From Eledone cirrhosa (Eukaryota): a stretch of 64,000 bases of DNA. The translations under genes and the position numbers were made by a program. Below are positions 25,615 to 37,787 of this stretch, in pieces. The notes below the pieces were generated by a model that saw nothing but the letters and a program-made list of their open reading frames with translations, did not search any database and was not told the origin of the DNA. The stretch spans positions 360,530,001 to 360,594,000 of the forward strand of contig OZ024740.1 in NCBI GenBank assembly GCA_964016885.1, read 5' to 3'. How positions within the stretch are numbered: position 1 is the stretch's first letter; every line of letters starts with the position of its first letter.

Positions 25615-26040
25615 AGGGTGAGTGAAAAGAAACTCTCTATTTAAAAGTGTTAATAACTTTATATTATTGGTTGATTTTCATAAAATGTTTTATTTTGAAT
25701 AATACAATGGTAGAAGTACAGTACAGTGATAACATTCTACAGAGGCACCAGCGTTGTCCACTAGTGTTTGTAATCGTCTGTTTGTAATTGTCCACTAGTG
25801 TTTGTAATATCCTTGACTGCCTTCATCAAGAACTCAATCAGTAAGTTGGTCAGTAGATGATGAATGTTTTCATCCAATTGAGTCAATGTTTTGGGGTTTG
25901 CTCATCCCCACAGGAAAAAATCACATGGTGATAAGCCAGGGTTTCTTGTTGGCCATTCATCTGACCTCAACAATGACCCAGCCCATGTCCTGGAAATTAA
26001 ACATCAAGAGACCCCATCTTGCTTGAATATGAAGTCATTG
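25615..26040 (-). mobile_element. Tc1-like DNA transposon remnant
   Basis: Minus strand EWPTRNPGLSPCDFFLWG (cf. WPPRSPDLSPCDFFLWG) at ~25908-25960. TA-GGGTGAGTGAAAAG TIR-like start. Confidence 0.7.
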
Positions 26041-26179
26041 ATGTTGTCACAAGTAATTTTCAATATATACATATACATATATATCCTCATTATCATTTAA
26101 CATCTATTTTTCATGCTTGCACATATATATATATTGCTGAATTCTACTGCATAGTGAATAGTCACTTCCACTATTATAA

Positions 26180-26290
26180 GCTTTCTGATGAAGTGTGATA
26201 AATAATTAAGTATTGCATATGATTGAACAATATATATTGTAGTCAGCATATGTCGACAATTACAATAGACACAGAAACATATGTTAAAGC
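26180..26290 (+). ncRNA. Type-I hammerhead ribozyme with long stem II insert (element ~26135-26352)
   Basis: GCTTT-CTGATGA-aGTGT..ACACa-GAAA-CATATG-TT-AAAGC then AATAAA. Stem III is the palindrome AACATATGTT. Confidence 0.75.
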
Positions 26291-26364
26291 AAATAAATTC
26301 CTAATTTCCTTCACGCTAGCATTTATATTTTTCTTGGTGCCATACTTGCTTTTTATATATATGG

Positions 26365-26665
26365 GAAAAGTTTGTCAGGAATGACTCTGATGCTCTTAGC
26401 CTCACATATGTTCTGAAGAGGGAGGCATGGAAATGTTATGAGTGGTTACTAAATGTAAAGAATGTATGGCAGGAGGGGCTACCCCTAATAGACTCAATAG
26501 AAGGACCATCTATTGAGGTCTATAGTTATGTGATTAATGACTATTAAGGATATAAAGAATGGAAAAGATGCTCACCCATCTGAGATAGTTACAGGGAAGC
26601 TGAGAATATCTGGCAAAGTAGGGCTTGAACTAGTCATTTGCATGTATACACAGGTACTTCAAGAA
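26365..26665 (+). mobile_element. Highly degenerate RTE RT fragment
   Basis: Aligns by eye to the LALT..EAWK..LLN..IEGP..SEIV segment of the RTE ORFs. Confidence 0.6.
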
Positions 26666-27450
26666 ATATGAGTACACATATACACACACACACACGTGTG
26701 TATGTTTACACAAACCAGGTCATTCACATCTTTTACTTCAGGGCCAACATTGATACAGTCAAGATGGCTGAGTATTCCCTAACATATCATTTCATACACC
26801 CCTCATAACTACTCCTCCCATTCTCTAGCTTTGTATTTGTGTTTTGATTTGATTTGATTTCCTGTTGAATAACATTGAATATGTGGATTAGGAATATTAG
26901 TGTTTATTTTTGTCAGTTTCTTTTAAATATATTTTTTATTTACACATGCACACATACATATATATATGTGAATTTAAAAGAAATAGTGTGTAGTTTTGGA
27001 AAAATCTGTTAACCAAATTGGAAACAGAATGAAATGACTCAAACAAAACAAACAAAATTTGATCTTCAGCCATCTGTTCTGAGCACAGATATCCTAGGAT
27101 ATCTCAAATATCAGGGTTTTCAATATATTGTCTGTGTTTTAGTCAAAGGCAAGGAGGTATAAAAAATGGTTTGGATGGGTTGTAAGTTCTTCAAACACTG
27201 GGGTGGTCACTTTATTTTTTTTTTTATTGTTCTGATGAGATGAAATAACTGAGTTTGTCCTCACACAATGGCCAGTTGCTGACCAGTTGCCAAGTAATTA
27301 TGGTGTGTTCACTTATAATTAGATTAGATGTTTAAACACTTTTGGCATTAGGAAGAGCATCCAGTCATAGAAATCTAGCCAGAAACAGTCCTATATGAAC
27401 ATGACAGGTTCACCCAACCCAACTTGCCTCTAATGGGACAAACCCGTCTA

Positions 27451-27517
<67 letters not shown>

Positions 27518-27518
<1 letters not shown>

Positions 27519-28800
27519 GGTTTCTCTTAGTAGCTTTTTCATGTCGTTAATATTATGATGTTCCCTGCTGTATTAGCGTTAAATTTTCCCTGCTGTATTA
27601 GCGATAAATTTTCGAGGGTTTCTCTTAGTAGCTTTTTCATGTCGTTAATATTATGATGTTCCCTGCTGTATTAGCGTTAAATTTTCCCTGCTGTATTAGC
27701 GATAAATTTTCGAGGGTTTCTCTTAGTAGCTTTTTCATGTCGTTAATATTATGATGTTCCCTGCTGTATTAGCGTTAAATTTTCCCTGCTGTATTAGCGA
27801 TAAATTTTCGAGGGTTTCTCTTAGTAGCTTTTTCATGTCGTTAATATTATGATGTTCCCTGCTGTATTAGCGTTAAATTTTCCCTGCTGTATTAGCGATA
27901 AATTTTCGAGGGTTTCTCTTAGTAGCTTTTTCATGTCGTTAATATTATGATGTTCCCTGCTGTATTAGCGTTAAATTTTCCCTGCTGTATTAGCGATAAA
28001 TTTTCGAGGGTTTCTCTTAGTAGCTTTTTTCATGACGTTATTATTGTTAATTTTACTGATGTAGTATTAACTTGGATATTTACCATGCGGTATTCTAATC
28101 CTATTGTATCTCTCTCAGTTATTTACCATGCGACCCTCAGTTCCTACCCCCCCCCCCCCCCCTCTATGCACTTCTTTAAGGCTTACTACCCTGTCTTTAA
28201 CCTAATTCATTCAATCTGAAAATATTGAAGAGATAAGACACTTTGCCATTCTTCTCTGCTAAAATGTACCACTGAGCTGATTCAAATTTTCCCAGCCAGC
28301 CATCCACCTAATCTACGAAGGTATTTTAGCCTACATATTGTCGTTAATATTATGATGTTCCCTGCTGTATTAGCGTTAAATTTTCCCTGCTGTATTAGCG
28401 ATAAATTTTCGAGGGTTTCTCTTAGTAGCTTTTTCATGTCGTTAATATTATGATGTTCCCTGCTGTATTAGCGTTAAATTTTCCCTGCTGTATTAGCGAT
28501 AAATTTTCGAGGGTTTCTCTTAGTAGCTTTTTCATGTCGTTAATATTATGATGTTCCCTGCTGTATTAGCGTTAAATTTTCCCTGCTGTATTAGCGATAA
28601 ATTTTCGAGGGTTTCTCTTAGTAGCTTTTTCATGTCGTTAATATTATGATGTTCCCTGCTGTATTAGCGTTAAATTTTCCCTGCTGTATTAGCGATAAAT
28701 TTTCGAGGGTTTCTCTTAGTAGCTTTTTTCATGACGTTATTATTGTTAATTTTACTGATGTAGTATTAACTTGGATATTTACCATGCGACCCTCAGTTCC
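27518..28800 (+). repeat. 98-bp tandem monomers: 5 copies plus a partial (27518-28031) and 4 copies (28339-28730), within a higher-order duplication
   Basis: TGTCGTTAATATTATG recurs at 27542, 27640, 27738, 27836, 27934 and 28339, 28437, 28535, 28633. Confidence 0.95.
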
Positions 28801-29047
28801 TACCTCACAATTTCCCTCCCCCCCACCCCCACACACCACCATAGTCTATTCGACCAATCAAACCTAGCATGCCATTTCCACTGCTGCTGCTGCTACTACC
28901 TGCCTAACTAACTCTCTCCTCCTCTGGCGCATCCCAACACACCCTGCCATTACCCCACCACCACTGTCCTTCTAGCCCTCAATTTTCCCACCGTTAGGGA
29001 TGGATGAGCTGGGAATACACGAGCAACTCTGAATCAATAGATGAAAT

Positions 29048-32000
29048 ATGAATCTGCGAGCTACCAAGCACCCACGTGAAGCGCCAACCCAGAGACCCTC
29101 CCCTACGAGTGTCGACAAATGCCCAAAACTCCGAGTTGGTACCATCAATGTAGGCTCAATGAAAGGAAGAGCAGGAGAAATCGTAGAAATGCTAGAGCGA
29201 AAGGAAGTTGATGTATGCTGTGTGCAAGAGACTAGATGGAGAGGAGGGTCTGCTAGAGTCCTTGTAGGAAAAAGCCAGTGCTACAAATTTTTCTGGGTGG
29301 GAAATGACGATGGGATGGGTGGTGTAGGTATACTACTAGCTGACAAGTGGGTAGATAAAGTAATCTCAGTGTACAGGGTAAATGCAAGAATCATTAAACT
29401 CAGACTAGTCCTGAATAAGACAATTACCACAATAATATCAGCTTACGCACCCCAATCGGGGCTGCCAGACGAACTTAAGGATAGGTTTTACGAGTCCCTA
29501 ATACACACTACTGCTCTAACAGACGACAAGGACTTCCTAATCATTGCAGGAGATTTTAACGGACACGTAGGTAAACACTGCGACGGCTTCAATAGAGTAC
29601 ATGGAGGCCATGGAGTTGGCACAAGGAATGAGGAAGGATTCAGACTTCTAGAATTCTGCGACGCCAATGACATGTCGATATGTAACACAAACTTTAAAAA
29701 ACCCGACAACCACCTGATCACCTATAGATCAGGGGAGCACTCTAGTCAGTTAGATTTTATCCTCATCAGAGGACGTGACAGATGGACGGTCGTAAACACA
29801 AAAGCCTTCCCTAGTGAGGAATGTACATCCCAACATAGCTTAGTTGTCAGCGACCTCACGGTCAGAACTAGACGAGCCCTGAAACAGAGGCCAACCTGGA
29901 GAAGAAAGATCTGGAAGCTGAAAGTCCCCTCAACCAGTAACAGATTTAAAGATATTTTACTCAACGCCTACGACAGTAAAGAAGAACAGATAGAGACATT
30001 TAACGTAGAAGAGAACTGGGAGTTCCTAAAAAATAACTTACTAGAGGCGACGGATGAGGTTTGTGGCTGGAGTAAGACCTCAAGCAGGAGGAGAGTGACT
30101 TGGTGGTGGAACAATAAGGTAGATGAAGCAGTCAAGGCCAAGAGACAGGCATGGAAAGAATGGAAGAACGGGGGGAGCAGGGTACATTACATAGAGACCA
30201 AGAGGGAAGCTAGGCGACAAGTATACTTAGCTAGGAGGGAAGGAGAGGATAGAAAATTCAAGCATGTTTTACAACGTGAGGACCAGAAACAGGAGGTATT
30301 CAAGATTGCGAGGCAGTGTGTCAGAGATAGTTGTGATGTCATTGGAGAGAAGTGTATCCGGAATGATAAAGGTGAGCTTGCCCTCACAAGTGCTGAGAAG
30401 AAAGATGCATGGAAGAGTCATTATGATAGATTACTAAATGAGGAGAATGCATGGGAAGAAGAGACCCTACCCCACGTAGACCCTATAGAGGGACCAGCAG
30501 TACAAGTCAGCGGCAGCGTAGTAAGTAAGGCAATCAGAGATATGAAGATAGGGAAGGCAACCGGTCCATCGGGTATAGCTGCCGAGATGCTGAAGGCATC
30601 TGGGTCTGTAGGTCACACTATAACCACACGTATCGTTAACCAGGTAATACTAGAGGGGGCCATACCAAAAGATTGGTGCAGTAGCATCATTGTCAACTGC
30701 TACAAAGGTAAAGGCGATGCACTAGATAGAGGAAACTATAGAGGTATAAAGTTGATGGACCAGGTCATGAAAGTAACAGAAAGAGTTATAGCACAGCTGA
30801 TTAGGGACCGGGTGAATATAGACGAGATGCAATTTGGGTTTGTTCCAGGGAAAGGCACCACTGATGCGCTCTTCCTTGTGAGGCAATTACAGGAAAAGTA
30901 CCTAGCTAAAAGTAAGCCACTCTACTTGGCATTTGTCGACCTTGAGAAAGCCTTTGACAGAGTTCCACGTGCAGTAATCTGGTGGGCTCTTAGAAAACTA
31001 GGAGTAGATGAATGGCTTGTGAAAGCGGTACAAGCCATGTATAGGGGAGCAGTCAGCAAAGTTAGGATTGGCAATGAGTATAGCGAGGAATTTAGCGTAC
31101 AGGTTGGGGTCCACCAGGGCTCTGTTCTTAGCCCTCTCCTGTTCATCATAGTCCTGCAGGCAATAACGGAGGAGTTTAAGACCGGATGCCCATGGGAACT
31201 CCTGTATGCTGATGACCTCGCACTCATAGCTGAATCTATGGTAGAACTAGAGAATAAATTCCAAACCTGGAAGCAGGGACTAGAGAGAAAGGGCCTCAAA
31301 GTCAACATGACAAAGACTAAGGTCCTTATAAGTAGACGAGAAAACAGAACCCAGATCCCCTCAGGGAAATGGCCTTGCTCAGTATGTAGGAAAGGTGTAG
31401 GTAGGAACTCCATTCTTTGCCCCAAATGCAAACAATGGGTACACAAGAGATGTAGCGGGATCTCAGGAAGCTTAATTAAGAATGTAGGATTCACATGCAG
31501 CAGCTGTGCTGAAACAGCAAGCAAACAGCCACAGGAAACAAGTACCACCAATCTCTGGGAGGGCCCTGTAGAAACAGTAGACAGCTTCTGCTACCTAGGT
31601 GACCGAATTAGCAACGGAGGTGGGTGCTCAGAAAGTACAATAACTAGGGTAAGAACGGGATGGAAGAAGTTTAGGGAACTACTACCACTGCTAGCTGCAA
31701 AAGGCTTCTCCCTCAGAATGAAAGGCAGACTGTATGATGCGTGTATCCGAACAGCGATGTTGCATGGTAGTGAGACCTGGGCGCTGAAGGTGGAAGACTT
31801 ACGTAGATTAGAGAGAAACGAAGCCTGCATGCTCCGATGGATGTGTAACAGTAATATACGTGAACGACAAAGCATAAATGAATTGAGAGAGAGACTGAGC
31901 ATAAGAGGAATCAAATGCTGCGTGCAGGAGAGGCGGTTACGCTGGTATGGACATGTGATGCGTATGAAGGATGACAGCTGCATAAAAAGGTGCAGAGCAC

Positions 32001-32167
32001 TAGAAGTTGATGGAAACCGCGGAGTGGGGAGACCCAAGATGACTTGGGATGAGGTGATAAAAGCCGACCTTACCCAACTACACCTCTCAAAGTCAATGAC
32101 ACACGACCGTGACTTCTGGCGTCACGCAGTAATACAGGGTACCCGACCTCCCATGGGTACATGCTGA
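29048..32167 (+). CDS. RTE retrotransposon protein: AP endonuclease + reverse transcriptase + PHD-like finger (1039 aa, intact)
   Basis: GTINVG, QETRW, GDFNGH, SQH; AFVDLEKAFDRV, QGSVLSP, YADD; CxxC..CxxC..HxxC..CxxC; RLRWYGHVMRM, GRP..W. Confidence 0.96.
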   Translation: MNLRATKHPREAPTQRPSPTSVDKCPKLRVGTINVGSMKGRAGEIVEMLERKEVDVCCVQETRWRGGSARVLVGKSQCYKFFWVGNDDGMGGVGILLADKWVDKVISVYRVNARIIKLRLVLNKTITTIISAYAPQSGLPDELKDRFYESLIHTTALTDDKDFLIIAGDFNGHVGKHCDGFNRVHGGHGVGTRNEEGFRLLEFCDANDMSICNTNFKKPDNHLITYRSGEHSSQLDFILIRGRDRWTVVNTKAFPSEECTSQHSLVVSDLTVRTRRALKQRPTWRRKIWKLKVPSTSNRFKDILLNAYDSKEEQIETFNVEENWEFLKNNLLEATDEVCGWSKTSSRRRVTWWWNNKVDEAVKAKRQAWKEWKNGGSRVHYIETKREARRQVYLARREGEDRKFKHVLQREDQKQEVFKIARQCVRDSCDVIGEKCIRNDKGELALTSAEKKDAWKSHYDRLLNEENAWEEETLPHVDPIEGPAVQVSGSVVSKAIRDMKIGKATGPSGIAAEMLKASGSVGHTITTRIVNQVILEGAIPKDWCSSIIVNCYKGKGDALDRGNYRGIKLMDQVMKVTERVIAQLIRDRVNIDEMQFGFVPGKGTTDALFLVRQLQEKYLAKSKPLYLAFVDLEKAFDRVPRAVIWWALRKLGVDEWLVKAVQAMYRGAVSKVRIGNEYSEEFSVQVGVHQGSVLSPLLFIIVLQAITEEFKTGCPWELLYADDLALIAESMVELENKFQTWKQGLERKGLKVNMTKTKVLISRRENRTQIPSGKWPCSVCRKGVGRNSILCPKCKQWVHKRCSGISGSLIKNVGFTCSSCAETASKQPQETSTTNLWEGPVETVDSFCYLGDRISNGGGCSESTITRVRTGWKKFRELLPLLAAKGFSLRMKGRLYDACIRTAMLHGSETWALKVEDLRRLERNEACMLRWMCNSNIRERQSINELRERLSIRGIKCCVQERRLRWYGHVMRMKDDSCIKRCRALEVDGNRGVGRPKMTWDEVIKADLTQLHLSKSMTHDRDFWRHAVIQGTRPPMGTC

Positions 32168-32480
32168 AGCATATAAACAATATGCCCCCCCCCCCACCGC
32201 AAGGTGGTCGTGGAGGTGCCACGGCAAAAAAGCACCCAGCCCACACTGTAAAGTGGACGTGTAGGCGCCACGAAAAAGCACCCAGCACTCACTGTAAATG
32301 AGGTTGGTGTTAGGAAGGGCATCCAGCTGTAGAAATCAAGCCAGATCAGTTCCTGTATGAGCAAGGCATGGTCAGCCGACCAGACACTGCCCACAACAGG
32401 ACAACCCGTCTAACCCATGCTAGCGTGGAAGAACGGACGTAAAACGGTGATGATGATGATGATGATGATATGTGTGTGTG

Positions 32481-32522
<42 letters not shown>

Positions 32523-33030
32523 TAATAATAAATACAAAGACCAAAATTCAGTGAGGACTCAATAAAGGTTGTGTATATATAAGTATTTATAAACCTGTAA
32601 AGCAAATATTTATTTTTAACACAGGTTAAGAGTTTAAGCAAACAATTTCTGCTTTCACCCTAATATATATACACACACACACACACACACAAGTGTGCAA
32701 ATTTGTGTGCAAACAAATCTATATATACAGACATAGACATGCAAACATTTACACATTAACACACATACAGAAACAATATTTGAACTCTAATTTGTACAGC
32801 GTCCATGAAAGGCCATCTTGATACACAACCCAATATGGTTAACCCCACCAGTTATCGGTAATATATCTATAAACTGTCCAATCTATGTAGAAATCAATGT
32901 TACCAACAGACTGTAGCTCTTCACTTGTTTGGCTGGTGTGGTGTGATATGGTGTAGTGTGCTCTGCTGTTTGATGCAGTAGGAAGCAAGTTCCAACTCTG
33001 ATTGGTCTAAATCTAGGCATATATATATTC

Positions 33031-33073
<43 letters not shown>

Positions 33074-33604
33074 TATATGCAGTCATATCTCCTGATGTTA
33101 TTGATCATTCATAAAATATAGTTGTTATTAGAATGGTAGTGGAGAAGATAGTAGTAATTGTGGAGAAGATGATGATGATAATGGTAGTAATGGTATTGTC
33201 TTAATGGTAGTACTTGTGGCTGTAGTGACCAGCTGGTGCTGTTGTTAATTGTTATTCTGCTGATGATAGTAAGAATGATGTGACTGATGATGATGGGGAT
33301 GTTTAGCCTCTGATCAACCATATTTGAACAGTCCTATGTTGAAAGACAATCAAATCATGACCGTTCCATCTTAGGTTTATGTAGGATCACATTTGTAAAT
33401 GTATCCTTTTCTTATATCTGACAATAGGATGTTATTTAAAGGACTTTTGAAGGCAATCTCTAGCAGGTCAGAGTAATCAGGTAGAGGTTTCCTTGTTGAC
33501 ATGGTGGTGGTGTTATTGTTAGCAGTGATGGTAGGTATGGTAGTGGTGTGATAGTTATATTATTATTTTAACTGTAGCACTGATTGTCATCTTTAATCTT
33601 TATA

Positions 33605-33638
<34 letters not shown>

Positions 33639-33857
33639 CTGTCTATTTGAGTGAAACTATTTTAATAGTTTAAGTGTTATTGTATATATATACACACACC
33701 ATCATAATCAATGTTTTAAAATCTAATTAGACAGCGCTATGGTATATTGTCTATTTGTGTGTGTGTTTTTAATCCATTAATTATTATATTTCTAATGAAA
33801 GAAATTCTTTGTATTTTAGTTAATTAACAAATAATTTGAAAAGGATTTATGGCACAC

Positions 33858-34072
33858 ACAGTAAAGTGGTTGTTTTAGTGCCACGATAAAAAGCACCCAG
33901 TACACAGTGTAGGTGTGGTTGGCGTTAGGAAGGGTATCCAGCCGTAGAAACCAAGCCAGAATCAGTTCTGTATGAGCAAGACACGATCATCTTATCTGGC
34001 TTGTCGCACAACAGGACAACTCATCTAACCCATGCTAGTGTGGAAAAATTAATGTATGATGATGATGATGAT
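33858..34072 (+). mobile_element. RTE-3'UTR-derived short element
   Basis: AAAAGCACCCAG..GTTAGGAAGGGTATCCAGC..CCCATGCTAG..(GAT)n. Confidence 0.75.
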
Positions 34073-34149
34073 TAAGTTTGGATTTGTTGCATAACAAAAT
34101 GTTCTTATATCAAATTATGTTGGATGGTTTTAATTTAACTAGGAAGCCT

Positions 34150-34426
34150 TTAACTCATTAGCATATCGAGCAAGAATTCTCTCACCCCTTTCTGTTCTAA
34201 CTGGCTGTAACCAGCTGCCCATACTTATATTAAGGTATTGTTCTCAAAATAAATAACATCAAAATCTTGTAGATTCAATATTATGTGATTCAATATTATG
34301 TGATTCAATATTATGTGATTCAATATTATGTGAGATTCAATATTATGTGAGATTCAATATTATGTGAGATAATTACCGCAAAAATACAATAGTAAATATA
34401 GAGTAATGTAAATGCTAAAGGGTTAA
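34150..34426. mobile_element. TTAA-flanked MITE (piggyBac-like ends) with an internal 15-17 bp tandem expansion; second copy 35613-35775
   Basis: Ends TTAACCCTTTAGCATTTA / TAAATGCTAAAGGGTTAA with a shared interior. (GATTCAATATTATGT)x6 at 34272-34370. Confidence 0.6.
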
Positions 34427-36111
34427 GATAGGCTCTTGTTCTGTTTCAGTGAAACAGGCAGTTTTGGTACCAAAAGGGTTAAAGTTTATTAACTTATCAA
34501 TAATGGTTTTGACTGGACAACTCTGCTGTGTATGGTATATTGGTTTTGTGTGTGCATGTAAGCATGTGTTCGTATGTGTCTGTGTGTATATGTTACTGTG
34601 CGTTTGTGCGTATATGTGTGTGTGTATGCATATGTTAATGTGTTTGTGCATAAATATGCATGTGTTTGTGTGCTTATGTGTGTATGCATGTGTTTGTGTG
34701 CATATGTGTGTATGTATGTGTATGTTTGTATGTGTCTGTTGGTGTGTGTTTTAAAATCTACTTAACTTATCAATAACATCTTTGACCAGACAGCTCTGCA
34801 GTGTATGGTATATTGGTTTTCTGTGTATGCATGTGTTATTATGTGTTTGTGTGTGTGTGTATGCATGTGTTTGTTTGTGTGTGTTTTAAAAGTCAACTTA
34901 TTTGCCAATAATGTTTTTGCCTGGACAGCTCTGCAGTGTATGGTATGTATCTATTTATTTAATCAATTTGTCTGTATAGAGCTAGTAAGTCATGATAGAT
35001 TAGCGAGCGAGAGATATGGAAAGAAAAAATAGGAAAACAGTAGGCAAAAGAAACACATAAGAATGAAGTTGAAAAACAGCTAAAAATTTGAATCTTTTCA
35101 TACCATTCATGTATTGGAAATCTTTGTGTGTGAGTATATTTGTTAGTATGTGTTTGTGTGTATGTATGTGTATGTGTGTTTGAAAGTCTACTGACTTAAC
35201 ATAGCTCTGCATTGTATGGTATATTACCTTCACGTGTGTGTGTGTGTGTGCATGTATTAGTATGTATTTGTGAGTGTGTTTGTTATAGACCATAGCAGAA
35301 TTTGAACTCAAAGCACAGTGAGCCAGAACAAACATCCAATGCTCTAACAAAGACTTTCTCACCATGAAGTGTATTAGAGGGAAGCATTTTGGCAATCTCT
35401 TAGGAAGAGTTTGACTGAAGCCCTGCAAGCTTTCAAATTATTAGTAATCTAGTGGTCCCAGATAGCAATAGCATTAAATGTATTTAATTTTTGAAGTCCA
35501 GGATTGGTATGCTAGATATATGAACAATCATACAAACTAGGAAATTTACATTTTAATGATTTGCACAAGAGAAACCCTATAGTTTGTGTTAATTACTGAC
35601 ACATGAAAGTGATTAACCCTTTAGCATTTAAACCGGCTGTAAGTGGCCACTCATACTGACGTTAAGGTATTGTTCTCAAAATTAATATCAAAATCTCATA
35701 GATTCAATATTATGTGAGATAAAGCCTTTACTGTGAAAATACAATAATAAATATAGAATAATGTAAATGCTAAAGATAAAAGTGATATTTGAATGACAAG
35801 TAGAAGTGATTAACGATAAAAATGATATTTTAATAATTTATTTCTAGGATATAATTACATATATGTCCAGCGTGTTTGTACAAATGACATACAGGATTAT
35901 ATGTATAAGTAACTTGGAAGAAATAACTATTTATAGGGACAAATGTCGGATCAAAATCCAGGACCTTGTGAGTAGAAAGTGAACTTATTGTAGCAACATA
36001 ACTGAGACAGAAAATGCACTGGGTGTATACTTGTGTATGTCAATTTTAAAGAGTTACAGATGGAGATATATATAAATATAGACATGTAGCATATTATTAT
36101 AGTTAATTACA

Positions 36112-36770
36112 TACGAGGGTTAGTTGAAAAGTTCATAGGCTGAACAAGATACTCTCATGGAATGTGAGCAAATGAGGTTTAGTTTTCAACATAGTCCCTC
36201 TTGCAGTCTACGGACTTCTTCCATTGGTGTCGCAGTGCTTAGATCCTATTGGTGAAGAATTTTTCATTCTGTTGGTTAAAAGGTCATCAACAGCAGATAT
36301 GACATTGTCATTACTACAATACTGGTTCCCACCCAAATGTTTTTTCATATTGGGGAACTGATGATAGTTAGATGAGGCCAAATCAGGAGAATAGGAAAGG
36401 TGATCAACCAGTTCAAAGCCATAGTTACACACACCAGCTATTGAAACCAAGGACTTGTGTGCTGGAGCATTGTCCTAGTGAAACAAGACCCTTTTCGTCA
36501 GTTTTTCTGGGCATGTTAGCCTTGGCAACTGCCTCAGAGACTTTGCATAGTACTCTCCATTGAAGGCGTGATTCTTTTGAAGATAGTCAATAATGCCTTT
36601 TGCATCCCCAAAAACTGAGACCATCATCTTCCCTGCAGATGAAACGACCTTAGCTTCTTTGTCTCTGACTCAAAGTAATGAACCCAACACTCATCCTGGG
36701 TTAGGAAACGTTCAAGGAAACTAGCTGGATCTGCCTCAAACAATGTCAAATTTCCCCCATGATGTGATCA
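36112..36770 (-). mobile_element. Mariner-like transposon remnant
   Basis: TA-CGAGGGTTAGTTGAAAAGTT TIR. Minus strand LFH*DNAPAH and HLSYSPDLASSNY..FPNMK. Confidence 0.85.
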
Positions 36771-36994
36771 GCCTGGTGAGAGATTGAGATGGAGAGATAA
36801 AGGGAGAGAGAGGAAGAACCAACTCCAGTACTATATTGATACTTTATCAACCTGAAAAAGAAAAAAAAAAAAGAATGGCAAAGTTGACCTAAGCAGGATT
36901 TGAACTCAGAGCAATAAGCTGGAACAAATACCAAAACATTTTTTAGCTGATGCCCTAATGATTCTGCCAACTTGCTGCCTTCTGGCAGAATTCA

Positions 36995-37372
36995 TCCCCC
37001 AGAATGCACCCTGTCACTGAGCACTCATCATCCATTAGTTTTTCACCAAGCACAACAAACCATCATTTCGGCACCCATCCTACTTACCAGATTTAGTTCC
37101 TGTGAACTCCTTCCTTTTCCTGAAGATGAAAATCAAGCTCAAAGGTCACCATTTTAACATCATTGCTGAGATGCAGCACAAATCGTAGAAGATTCTTGAC
37201 AACTTTACAAAAGATGACATTGAGGCTGCATTCCAGGAGTGGCAGAAATGTTGCGTTCAGTGCATTGTTGCACAAAATGTTTATTTCGAAGGAGATGGTG
37301 TTTAAACTTATGTAAATAAACTCCTTTTTTAAATAAAGAGCTAGTCTGGGAACTTTTTGACTTACCCTCGTA
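36995..37372 (+). mobile_element. Second mariner-like remnant (3' end)
   Basis: NAPCH..HPSYLPDLVP..FLFLKMK..YFEGD; ends ACTTTTTGACTTACCCTCG-TA. Confidence 0.75.
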
Positions 37373-37393
37373 TATGTATTTATGTGTTGTTTG

Positions 37394-37653
37394 CTTGAGC
37401 AAGACACTGTATTTCACATTGCTCCAGTTTACTCAGCTGTAGAAATGAGATGATAGGACTGGGTTCCCTATCATTCCACTGTAAAGTGGACGTGTAGGTG
37501 CCACAAAAAAAAAGCACCCAGCACTCACTGTAAATGAGATTGGTGTTAGGAAGGGCATCCAGCTGTAGAAATCAAGCCACAATCAGTTCCGGTCCCACCC
37601 TTGCAAGCAGGGAAAAAGCAGACGTAAACTGATGATGATGATGATGATGATGA
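37394..37653 (+). mobile_element. 5'-truncated SINE, same family as 43522-43947
   Basis: GAGCAAGACACT..CAGCTGTAGAAATGAGATGATAGGACT core plus RTE-type tail and (GAT)n. Confidence 0.75.
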
Positions 37654-37787
37654 TATATATGTGTGTGTGTATATATATGTGTGTGTATATATATATGTGT
37701 ATATATATATATATGTGTATATATATATGTGTATATATATATATGTGTGTGTATATATATGTGTATATATATATATATATATATACA

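Larger units (their letters stand above)
27518..32468 (+). mobile_element. Full-length RTE LINE family B with monomer-repeat 5' region
   Basis: Begins after (TA)n(TG)n, carries an intact ORF and a (GAT)n tail, and is followed by (TG)n(TA)n. Confidence 0.88.

Noticed and set aside
27228-27255. CTGATGA-GAT-GAAA as a hammerhead (similar bare CTGATGA at ~24187, ~25118, ~48750)
   Set aside because: No stem II/III pairing or no GAAA in register.
27518-28730. Regular repeats as a CRISPR array
   Set aside because: Identical head-to-tail monomers without unique spacers, no cas genes, eukaryotic context.
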